NCBI GenBank assembly: GCA_964586255.1
Contig: CAZPGE010000001.1
Span: 750-64,749 of the forward strand
DNA from: an uncultured Candidatus Saccharibacteria bacterium
Lineage (GTDB): Bacteria; Patescibacteriota; Minisyncoccia; Phycocordibacterales; UBA2100
Reading direction: 5' to 3'
Length of the DNA: 64,000 nucleotides
In this document: in pieces, positions 17,681-25,787 of the stretch
Numbering within the stretch: the first letter of the stretch is position 1
How the letters are laid out: every line of letters starts with the position of its first letter
Position numbers and translations under genes: made by a program
Notes under the pieces: model-generated
Seen by the model: the letters and a program-made list of their open reading frames with translations, nothing else
What the model was told of the DNA's origin: nothing
Databases searched by the model: none

Positions 17681-19639
17681 ATGGCGCGCGCTGTCGTTCT
17701 TTCCAACGGAGAGTTGTGCGTTTCGCTCGACGAGCGGGGCGAAGTGCGTGACATCTACTATCCGCATGTTGGTCTTGAGGATCATGTGCGCGGCCACTAC
17801 GTGCACCGACTCGGTGTGTGGGTAGACGGACAGATGGCCTGGTTTGGCGGCGGGGAGTGGGACATCCGCGTCTCGAGCGAGACCGACGCGCTCGCGAGCA
17901 GTATCGTGGCTCGTCATGAGAGGCTACAGCTTGAGCTTACGTTCAAAGATATCGTCTACAACGAGCGTCCGGTCTTTATCCGTCGTGTCTCAGTGCTCAA
18001 CACGTCCGACAGGAAGCGTGAGATTAAACTCTACTTTGCGCATCAATTCGAAATATACAAATCGCACGGTTCGGATACCGCCTATTTTGACCCTGAGACG
18101 AGCGCCCTCATCCACTACAAGGGGCATCGCGTCTTTCTCATCGGTGCGCGGCTCGACGGCGAGTCGTTTCAGGATTACACGACCGGTCGCGCCAACTTCC
18201 AAGGCAAAGAAGGGTCGCATGTCGATGCGGAAGACGGCGAGCTTTCGAAGAATCCAATAGAGCACGGACCGGCGGATTCGATACTTGGTCTGTACGGCAC
18301 TTATGCGCCTGGGCAGTCGCGCACCTGCTACTACTGGCTCGCAGCCGCGCAGTCTATTCAAGAAGCAAAAGACCTCAATGCATACGTGGTCAAGAAGACG
18401 CCCGAGCACCTTGTGAAGACGGCCACGAATTTCTGGCACGCGTGGGTCAATGCCTACCAGTGGGACTTTGAGGGGCTTTCGCCAGAGCATGTGACGCTCT
18501 TCAAGCGCTCACTCCTCAACATGCGCGCCGCAGTAGATAAAGACGGGGGCATCTTGGCTTCGGTCGATTCCGACATGTTGCAGTACGGCCTCGATACGTA
18601 CTCATACGTGTGGCCGCGCGATGCGGCATATGTAGCACATGCGCTCGACCAGGTGGGGGAAATGAACACTGCGCAGAGATTCTTTTCGTTTTCGCGAGAC
18701 GTACTTTTTGAAGAAGGATATTTCTTACACAAATACTTGCCCGATAAATCACTCGGCTCGTCCTGGCATCCGTGGATAAAAGACGGCATACCGCAACTGC
18801 CGATACAGGAAGACGAGACGGCACTCGTCATATACGCGCTACGCAAACACTACGAGCGAAGTAAGGACTTGGATTTCCTTGAAGAGATGTACAACCCGCT
18901 CGTGGAGAAAGCGGCTAATTTTATGGTGCGCTACCGCGATCCAAAGACCCACCTCCCTCTTCCGTCCTACGATTTGTGGGAGCGTAAGCGCGGCGTATCG
19001 ACTTTTACCACATCTGCAGTGTATGGGGCACTTATCGCGGCAGCCGAACTTTCGCGAACTTTGGGCAAAGATACACACGAGAGTCGCTACCGATTGGCGG
19101 CAGAAGAGGTAAAGGAGGCGCTACTCGAGCATCTATGGGACGAAAAAGAAGAAATGTTCATCAATATGCTCACGCCAGTTGGGGACGCATACGAGCGCGA
19201 CACGACTGTCGATATCTCAAGCATCTACGGTGTCTTCAGCTTTGGCATCTTACCGATTACCGACCCGCGACTGCACAAAGCATGGGATACGACGGTGCGC
19301 ATTCTTGGCAGAGGGATTACGAGCGGCGGGTTGGCCCGCTTCGACAACGACGACTACTATCAAATCGACCAGAATTCGGCGGGTAATCCCTGGGCGATTA
19401 CGACACTCTGGTATGCGGAATACCTCACCGCGCGCGCGAAAAATAATCATGACCTCGATAGGGTACGCGACATTTTCTCGTGGGTGGTACGCCACGCACA
19501 GCCCTCGGGCGTGCTCTCGGAACAGCTGCATCCACACACTGGTGTGCAAGTGGGAGCGACGCCTCTTACATGGGCGCATGCCGCGTACGTCCTCGCGGTC
19601 CTCGCGTACCTCGAAAAACGCCGCGAGCTCCGCATATAA
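17681..19639 (+). CDS. glycoside hydrolase family 15 (archaeal-type glucoamylase/glucodextranase)
   Basis: 652 aa with an N-terminal beta-sandwich and an (alpha/alpha)6 catalytic domain carrying VWPRDAAY and LWER motifs. The start codon abuts the GH57 stop. Confidence 0.8.
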   Translation: MARAVVLSNGELCVSLDERGEVRDIYYPHVGLEDHVRGHYVHRLGVWVDGQMAWFGGGEWDIRVSSETDALASSIVARHERLQLELTFKDIVYNERPVFIRRVSVLNTSDRKREIKLYFAHQFEIYKSHGSDTAYFDPETSALIHYKGHRVFLIGARLDGESFQDYTTGRANFQGKEGSHVDAEDGELSKNPIEHGPADSILGLYGTYAPGQSRTCYYWLAAAQSIQEAKDLNAYVVKKTPEHLVKTATNFWHAWVNAYQWDFEGLSPEHVTLFKRSLLNMRAAVDKDGGILASVDSDMLQYGLDTYSYVWPRDAAYVAHALDQVGEMNTAQRFFSFSRDVLFEEGYFLHKYLPDKSLGSSWHPWIKDGIPQLPIQEDETALVIYALRKHYERSKDLDFLEEMYNPLVEKAANFMVRYRDPKTHLPLPSYDLWERKRGVSTFTTSAVYGALIAAAELSRTLGKDTHESRYRLAAEEVKEALLEHLWDEKEEMFINMLTPVGDAYERDTTVDISSIYGVFSFGILPITDPRLHKAWDTTVRILGRGITSGGLARFDNDDYYQIDQNSAGNPWAITTLWYAEYLTARAKNNHDLDRVRDIFSWVVRHAQPSGVLSEQLHPHTGVQVGATPLTWAHAAYVLAVLAYLEKRRELRI

Positions 19640-19660
19640 TGCGTCTGCTACAATACCCGC

Positions 19661-20236
19661 ATGACATTTGAACCATACGCGGCGAGGACGCATGAAAAGA
19701 TGAGAGAGGTACTCATGGCGCCCGACGCTGCCGGGCCCGGCATCCACTACTACATGGTCCGTGGCGGTTCGAAAAAACGCAACGTGACCATCCTTGAGAG
19801 CGGCACGGTAGGTGGAGAATATATCAAGACCTATGGTCACTACCACATCGGCGATCTCGACGAGACCTACTGGTTTAAAGAAGGTGTGGGCGTGGCACTT
19901 CTCCAAAAGCTCGCAGACCCGACGGATCCAAGTGTCGTAGAAGAATTTAAGGCGATACAGGTCACGCAAGGGGACGATGTGTACATGCCACCCGGATACG
20001 GCCATCTCATGGTCAACGTAGGTAAGACATGGCTCGTCATGGTAGATGATTCCCCGGTGGACGGCGCAGAGGATTCCGCATCGATGCCAGGGCATGCCGA
20101 CTATACGGCGGTCAAAGCGATGCAGGGATTTGCGTACTACGTCGTCGAGCACGAAGGAGCACCGGCGCTCAAAAAGAATCCAAAGTACAGGGAAATACGT
20201 AAAGAAGATTTTGGAGGACTTCCGATCTTGAACTGA
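19661..20236 (+). CDS. cupin-type glucose-6-phosphate isomerase (archaeal cPGI-like)
   Basis: Cupin metal motifs TYGHYH and PPGYGHLMVN with the spacing seen in Pyrococcus-type PGI; 191 aa. Confidence 0.55.
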   Translation: MTFEPYAARTHEKMREVLMAPDAAGPGIHYYMVRGGSKKRNVTILESGTVGGEYIKTYGHYHIGDLDETYWFKEGVGVALLQKLADPTDPSVVEEFKAIQVTQGDDVYMPPGYGHLMVNVGKTWLVMVDDSPVDGAEDSASMPGHADYTAVKAMQGFAYYVVEHEGAPALKKNPKYREIRKEDFGGLPILN

Positions 20237-20241
20237 TTTTC

Positions 20242-21048
20242 ATGCACATCGTCTGCGATATAGGAGGTACGAATATGCGTGTCGCCCCGGTCTTGGGCGA
20301 GACTATCGGAGAAGTACGCAAAGTCCGTACACCGAAAGATCCCTCAGAAGGAATCAAGACTTTTGTCACACTTGCGAGAGAGCGCGCTCAGGGTGAGGCG
20401 ATAGAGAGCGTCACGGGGTGTGTTGCAGGCATGGTGGTAAACGGATTCATATCAGATGCGGGAAATTTGAAAGGGTGGGAGGGCACCAATATCGTAAAAG
20501 AACTTTCGAACGCTCTCGGCGCGCAAGTCGACATCGTGAACGATGCGGCACTTGCGGGACTTGGAGAAGCACATGTCGGCGCTGGGAAGGGGGCAAAGAC
20601 ACTGGTCTACGTCACTGTGTCCACCGGAGTCGGCGGGGCCCTCATCCGAGACGGGCATATCGTCGAATCTGGCGGGGTGGGTAGTATAAAAATCGGAGAC
20701 TCTAGTCTTGAAGGTCTTGTATCTGGAACAGCAGTACGGGCTAAATTCGGGGTTGATCCAAAAAACTTAGATTCAGTGGAGATACGAAATGGTCTCGCAG
20801 ACACATTGGCAGGCGGACTTCGTCAGGTCGTTGCTCGCTGGTCGCCAGAGACTATCGTTCTCGGGGGGTCAATGATGGTTGGAATAAATCCGATCCCAAT
20901 CACGCGCGTCGAAGAAACACTCAGTAAGCTCCTTGCCGGGGACGCATCTATGCCGCACATCAAAATTGCCGAGCTAGCAGATAATGGAGGACTTTGGGGT
21001 GGTCTGGCGCTCCTTACACAACTTCGTTCCTCGAGCGGTACTGCTTAA
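20242..21048 (+). CDS. ROK-family sugar kinase (glucokinase-like)
   Basis: N-terminal CDIGGTN ATP-binding motif and a Gly-rich ROK core; 268 aa. Confidence 0.65.
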   Translation: MHIVCDIGGTNMRVAPVLGETIGEVRKVRTPKDPSEGIKTFVTLARERAQGEAIESVTGCVAGMVVNGFISDAGNLKGWEGTNIVKELSNALGAQVDIVNDAALAGLGEAHVGAGKGAKTLVYVTVSTGVGGALIRDGHIVESGGVGSIKIGDSSLEGLVSGTAVRAKFGVDPKNLDSVEIRNGLADTLAGGLRQVVARWSPETIVLGGSMMVGINPIPITRVEETLSKLLAGDASMPHIKIAELADNGGLWGGLALLTQLRSSSGTA

Positions 21049-21625
21049 ACATTTCCCAGAAGAGGGGAATGAGCGTCACTGCAATGATGGTGATGATGAC
21101 TATTTCGATATAGTCGCCGATAAAGGGGAACCGAGTCCCGAGGAGGTACGCTGCAGTCGTCACGCCTGTGGCCCATGCGAGAGCGCCGACGACGTTGCAT
21201 ATAAAGAATATGCGGTAGTTCATGCTCGCGATACCTGCCACGATGGGCGTAAATGTGCGAATGATGGGAATAAAGCGAGCGAGGATGATTGCTTTTGCAC
21301 CGTGCTTTTCGTAGAAGTGCTGTGTTCGTCGCAAGTGCTCCTGGTGGAAAAAGCGCGAGTCGGGCTTCGTAAAGAGCTTTATTCCAATCTTGTTACCAAA
21401 CCAATAGCCCACGTTGTCGCCGAGAATCGCAGCGAGCGTGACGAGTGGGATAAGGATGAAAGGGTTGAAGACCCCAGCTGCAGCAAGAAGCCCTGCGGTG
21501 AAGAGGAGCGACGCGCCCGGCAAGAAGAAGCCGACGATGAGACCGGATTCTGCGAATATGATCGCAAAGACACCCGGATAGCCAACGAGCTGGAGGAGGT
21601 CAGTGAGGTCAATGCCGAAGAACAT
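21014..21625 (-). CDS. DedA/SNARE-associated family membrane protein
   Basis: Conserved DedA motif (GYPGVFAIIFAESG..FLPG) and four TM segments. Confidence 0.75.
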   Translation of the reverse strand: MFFGIDLTDLLQLVGYPGVFAIIFAESGLIVGFFLPGASLLFTAGLLAAAGVFNPFILIPLVTLAAILGDNVGYWFGNKIGIKLFTKPDSRFFHQEHLRRTQHFYEKHGAKAIILARFIPIIRTFTPIVAGIASMNYRIFFICNVVGALAWATGVTTAAYLLGTRFPFIGDYIEIVIITIIAVTLIPLFWEMFKQYRSRNEVV

Positions 21626-21627
21626 GT

Positions 21628-22899
21628 TTAGACAAACGATTCGGGGATGGGGAAGCGTTTGCAGAGTTTGCGGACATCTTCGCGGATGCGCTTGTGCACC
21701 TTTTTATTGCTCTTGTTGGTGAGTGCTTCAATCATGAGCTCGGCGACCTTCGCGGACTCTTTTTCCTTGAAGCCGCGCGTCGTGATGGCGGGCGTACCGA
21801 AGCGGATACCGGATGGGTCCATGGGGCCGCGTACGTCGTCCGCGATCGAGTTTTTGTTGAGCGTCATGCCGACCTCGTCGAGAAGTGTCTCCGCCTCTTT
21901 GCCGGAGATGCCCATGCTTCCCCATACGTCGGCGAGGATGAGGTGGTTGCTCGTGCCGCCGGTAAGCATGCGCACATGGTGTGCGGCAAATACTTTCTCC
22001 ATGGCTTTCGCATTTCTCAATACCTGCTTGGCATAGACGCGGAATTTCGGGGAGAGCGCCTCGCCGAAGCACACCGCTTTCGCCGCGATGTTGTGCATGA
22101 GGGGGCCGCCCTGTAATCCGGGGAATATGCTCTTATCGATTTTCTTCGCAAAGTCCGCGTCTTCTCTCGTGAGAATCATGCCGCCGCGCGGACCACGAAG
22201 CGTCTTGTGCGTGGTGGTCGTCATGATGTCGAATCCATGGTCGAAAGGATTGCGCACCGCTTTGCCTGCGATAAGTCCCGCTATATGCGCGATGTCCATG
22301 ACCGCATAGGCACCGACCTCGCGCGCGATGGAGACGAATTTGTCGTAGTCGAGCTCGCGCGGATACGCGGAGTAGCCGGCGAGTACAATCTTTGGCCGTT
22401 CTTTCTTTGCGACCTTGCGCATCTCGTCGTAATCGATTTCACCGGTCTCCACATCTTTCATCTTATAGCGGACGAAGCGGAATATTTTGGTGAGATAGGT
22501 GACGGGGTGACCATGGGTGAGGTGGCCGCCATGTGAGAGATCCATACCGAGCACGGTGTCTCCCGGCTCGAGAAGCGCAAAATACATACCGACGTTTGCC
22601 GGTGCACCCGCGTGCGGCTGCACGTTGGCGTACTTGGCACCGAAGAGTTTCTTAGCACGCTCGATTGCGATCATCTCCACTTCATCGGTGAACTCTTGGC
22701 CGCCATAGTAGCGTTTGCCCGGGTAGCCTTCGGAGTATTTGTTGGTGAGCGCCGATGCGTTGGCCTCGCGGACCGCCATGGACACGTAATTTTCCGAAGG
22801 AATAAGCTCCAGACCTTCTGCCTGGCGCTCCTCTTCACCTTCGATAGCGGCGAATACTTTCTTGTCTTGTTTCTTGATATGTGGGTAGAGATTTTTCAT
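21628..22899 (-). CDS. glyA: serine hydroxymethyltransferase
   Basis: PLP-lysine motif TTTHKTLRGPRGG. Start at MKNLYPHIK (internal Met), which avoids overlap with thyA. Confidence 0.9.
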   Translation of the reverse strand: MKNLYPHIKKQDKKVFAAIEGEEERQAEGLELIPSENYVSMAVREANASALTNKYSEGYPGKRYYGGQEFTDEVEMIAIERAKKLFGAKYANVQPHAGAPANVGMYFALLEPGDTVLGMDLSHGGHLTHGHPVTYLTKIFRFVRYKMKDVETGEIDYDEMRKVAKKERPKIVLAGYSAYPRELDYDKFVSIAREVGAYAVMDIAHIAGLIAGKAVRNPFDHGFDIMTTTTHKTLRGPRGGMILTREDADFAKKIDKSIFPGLQGGPLMHNIAAKAVCFGEALSPKFRVYAKQVLRNAKAMEKVFAAHHVRMLTGGTSNHLILADVWGSMGISGKEAETLLDEVGMTLNKNSIADDVRGPMDPSGIRFGTPAITTRGFKEKESAKVAELMIEALTNKSNKKVHKRIREDVRKLCKRFPIPESFV

Positions 22900-22949
22900 A
22901 GAGTAAGGATTTATTGGATAAAGTATCAAAGGAATTAGCTCATAGAACA

Positions 22950-23912
22950 TTATGCACCGTGCAGGTCTTTGTTGTATCCGCCCGCGACCGTGAGCTCTGC
23001 CTTGATGCCCGCATGCGGATTGTAGTCCTCAAGCGTCACGTATTCAGGCTTAAACGTATCGAGCGAGTCGAAGTCGTGCGTAAACGAAATTCTCGGCAGC
23101 GGATTCGGTTCGCGCGAGAGCTGCTCGAGCGCTTGCTCCTTGTGATTCTCGTAGATGTGCAGGTCGCCAAAGGTGTGGATATACTCACCCGGCTCGCGGC
23201 CAAGTATTTTGGCGACGATTGCGGTGAGGAGCGCATAGCTCGCGATGTTGAACGGTACACCGAGGAAGACATCGGCGCTTCTCTGGTAGAGCTGCAAACA
23301 CACCTTGCCGTGCTTGATGTTGAGCTGATACATGTTGTGGCAGATGGGGAAGCGTGCGCCCTCTCCAGGGCGGGCCATAGAGTAGAGGTATTGCGGATTC
23401 CACGATGTCACGAGCGTATTGTGCGCATCTGGGTCACGGCGAAGCTCCTCGATAGCCCAGCCGAGCTGGTCCACAGTGCGGCCGTCTTCCGCGGGCCAGC
23501 GTCTCCAGCTCTCTCCGTAAATATGCGGCAGCTCGCCATGCTCCTTTGCAAAGTCGACGTCCTCTTTTATTCTGGCAATGAATTCATCTTTCGCCATCGC
23601 GGGCACAATCCCGTTTTCTGCTTTCTCCGAATAGATCTTGTGCGGGTAGTCGTCCCAGATGTGGACGTTGTTGTCTACGAGGTACTTGATATTGCTCTGT
23701 CCTGACATAAACCAGAAGAGCTCATGGAGGACGCCATTCCAATACACTTTTTTCGTGGTGAGGAGGGGAAAGCCCGCTTGCAGGTCGAAGCGAATTTGTC
23801 GCCCAAAGATGCTATAGGTCTTTACTCCCGTGCCTTTATCCACCTGCTGCTCACCCGTATCGAGCGTCTCTTTCAGGAGGTCAAGGTATTGATGCTCGGG
23901 GTGGCTATTCAT
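22950..23912 (-). CDS. thyA: thymidylate synthase
   Basis: Active-site motif LPPCH-equivalent (FPICHNMYQL) and the RR..W folate-binding region. Start at MNSHPEHQYLDLL. Confidence 0.9.
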   Translation of the reverse strand: MNSHPEHQYLDLLKETLDTGEQQVDKGTGVKTYSIFGRQIRFDLQAGFPLLTTKKVYWNGVLHELFWFMSGQSNIKYLVDNNVHIWDDYPHKIYSEKAENGIVPAMAKDEFIARIKEDVDFAKEHGELPHIYGESWRRWPAEDGRTVDQLGWAIEELRRDPDAHNTLVTSWNPQYLYSMARPGEGARFPICHNMYQLNIKHGKVCLQLYQRSADVFLGVPFNIASYALLTAIVAKILGREPGEYIHTFGDLHIYENHKEQALEQLSREPNPLPRISFTHDFDSLDTFKPEYVTLEDYNPHAGIKAELTVAGGYNKDLHGA

Positions 23913-23914
23913 AA

Positions 23915-24490
23915 TTACTTTTTCGCGACTTTCCCTAGCCGGACAGGCTTCTTTTTTGCGGGGACGAAATGTTTCCAATTGTCTTTTGCGAATCGGCCAA
24001 CTTTCTTGTAGTTGCGCTGTGGGGGAGAAGAAAGCTTGGAAAACGTGAGCTGAGCTATCTCCATACCCGGTCGGAGGATGATGGGGATATTGCTTTGGTT
24101 CGTAATCTCAAAGGTGATGTTGAGAAAGTGCCCAGGGTTGATGATGCCCGCCGTGTTGTGAATCATGAGTCCGATGCGCGCAAGAGACGATTTGCCGCCC
24201 ACCTGGATGAGGAAATGGTCTGTGCCGAAAAACTCTTTGGAAAGTCCGAGCACCGAGACGCCAGGGTGCAGCACGTACTCGTCGCCATCTTTCACCGTCT
24301 TCTCGATGGTTTTAGCGTATATCTTGCGTGAGGGGTCGACAAAGTGTGTGCTGCTCGTGTCATTCTCGACGAATTTGTTGCCAAGAAGGATGTCGTACGA
24401 TGCGGGCTGGAGTCGCGACGTGTCGAAAGGTTCGAGGATAATCTCGCCACTCTTCACTGCTATTTTTATGTCGGTATCAGAGAGGAACAT
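23915..24490 (-). CDS. dcd: dCTP deaminase
   Basis: 191 aa with the LQPASYDL motif and a C-terminal dUTPase-like fold. The stop abuts the thyA start. Confidence 0.85.
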   Translation of the reverse strand: MFLSDTDIKIAVKSGEIILEPFDTSRLQPASYDILLGNKFVENDTSSTHFVDPSRKIYAKTIEKTVKDGDEYVLHPGVSVLGLSKEFFGTDHFLIQVGGKSSLARIGLMIHNTAGIINPGHFLNITFEITNQSNIPIILRPGMEIAQLTFSKLSSPPQRNYKKVGRFAKDNWKHFVPAKKKPVRLGKVAKK

Positions 24491-24496
24491 ACGGAA

Positions 24497-25171
24497 TTAG
24501 TCTACATTAAATATTTTGTCGGTCCCATAATATTCTTGCCAGTGCGCATTGTAGTAGGCGAACATGCGCTCGAGTCTATCTTGCGGCAGCTCGGCGACCC
24601 CAACCTTCTCCATGCAGGCCTCTACGTCTTCGCGAGCTTTTGGGATGAGTGCCTCGTCCTCGACGATTTTCTCAAACTCGGCGAGCCATCCATATCCGGC
24701 GTTCTTGTCGAGGGTGACGTTGATACCGTTGCAGACGTACTCCTCTCGCTCGCGAGACCACTTAGCCTGGTAGCTGAATCCGGCCGAAAGTACGAGCTTG
24801 TCGAGCTCTTCGAGCGTGAGCTGTACCCACTCTTCGAATTCAAGGCGCGCGACGCCGTTGGCGCTCGAGTCTTCTCCCATCGTGGCTTTGACGACGAGCA
24901 GTACCTGACCGTCTTTGTCACGGGTTCGCACCGAGAATTCTTTGGCGACTTTAGCCAGATGGTCGAGTCGTGCAGCAGCTTCTTCCGAGAGATACTCGCG
25001 CGCGATTTCCGCAAGGTTGTCGAGCTCGCCACCGACAAAATAATGATTGCGCTGCGTGTTGTGAGAGAGAATCGAGCACGAAGGGTCAGCCTGCTTGAGT
25101 GCGTCGCGCACCCTTTGCGCGTTTTCTGGATTGCCGAGTAGTGACTTTATTTCAACTTCGTAGGTCTGCAT
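24497..25171 (-). CDS. CYTH-domain protein (class IV adenylyl cyclase / triphosphatase-like)
   Basis: N-terminal YEVEIK motif characteristic of CYTH/CyaB-ThTPase domains; 224 aa. Confidence 0.55.
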   Translation of the reverse strand: MQTYEVEIKSLLGNPENAQRVRDALKQADPSCSILSHNTQRNHYFVGGELDNLAEIAREYLSEEAAARLDHLAKVAKEFSVRTRDKDGQVLLVVKATMGEDSSANGVARLEFEEWVQLTLEELDKLVLSAGFSYQAKWSREREEYVCNGINVTLDKNAGYGWLAEFEKIVEDEALIPKAREDVEACMEKVGVAELPQDRLERMFAYYNAHWQEYYGTDKIFNVD

Positions 25172-25232
25172 GGACGGTCATTATAGCCCCCCGCTCCGGC
25201 GGCCAGGATTGCAGGTGAGGGGGAAATGAGGT

Positions 25233-25778
25233 GTGGTATATTCCGCTCATATGAACGAGGCAAAAGTCGTCGCAATAGCAGCGATAGGGCGCAATCGCGA
25301 ACTTGGGAAGGGCAACGAATTGCTCTGGCGCATCCCCGACGACCTCAAGCGCTTCAAAGAGCTGAGTGTCGGACACCCCATCATTCTTGGACGCAAAACA
25401 TTTGAATCAATCGTAGGGTACCTTGGTAAACCACTTCCAGAGCGGCAAAATATCGTTGTCACACGCGACGAAACCTATGTCAACGACTTACGAAGTCGAT
25501 ATGGGGACGAGGTGACGAGTGCGCTGTCGGTAGAAGAGGCGGTTGAGAAAGGGAAAGCACTCGATAGCGAACAGATTTCAATTGGTGGCGGGGCGCAAAT
25601 CTACGAACTGGCGTTGCCGTATGTCACTCGGTTGTGCCTAACGATAATCGATGACACGAAGGAGGCGGACTCATTCTTTCCGGAGTATGAACAGGATTTC
25701 ACGAAAGTTATCCATGAGGAGAGACACAAATTCGAGGGCCTAAGCTATCGATTCGTCGATTTGGAAAGAGCGGGGTGA
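25233..25778 (+). CDS. folA: dihydrofolate reductase
   Basis: VAIAAIGRN..LGKGNELLWRIPDDLKRFK and ILGRKTFES motifs. GTG at 25233 or ATG at 25251. Confidence 0.8.
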   Translation: MVYSAHMNEAKVVAIAAIGRNRELGKGNELLWRIPDDLKRFKELSVGHPIILGRKTFESIVGYLGKPLPERQNIVVTRDETYVNDLRSRYGDEVTSALSVEEAVEKGKALDSEQISIGGGAQIYELALPYVTRLCLTIIDDTKEADSFFPEYEQDFTKVIHEERHKFEGLSYRFVDLERAG

Positions 25779-25787
25779 ACAGATATC

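Noticed and set aside
19250-20152. 300-aa minus-strand ORF
   Set aside because: It is antisense across the GH15 3' end and the cupin PGI; both sense genes carry family motifs.
20984-21631. 215-aa plus-strand ORF
   Set aside because: It is antisense to the DedA-family gene. It is Glu/Asp/Cys-rich and low-complexity.
22914-23705. 263-aa plus-strand ORF
   Set aside because: It is antisense to thyA.
24344-25141. 265-aa plus-strand ORF
   Set aside because: It is antisense to the CYTH gene and the dcd 5' end.
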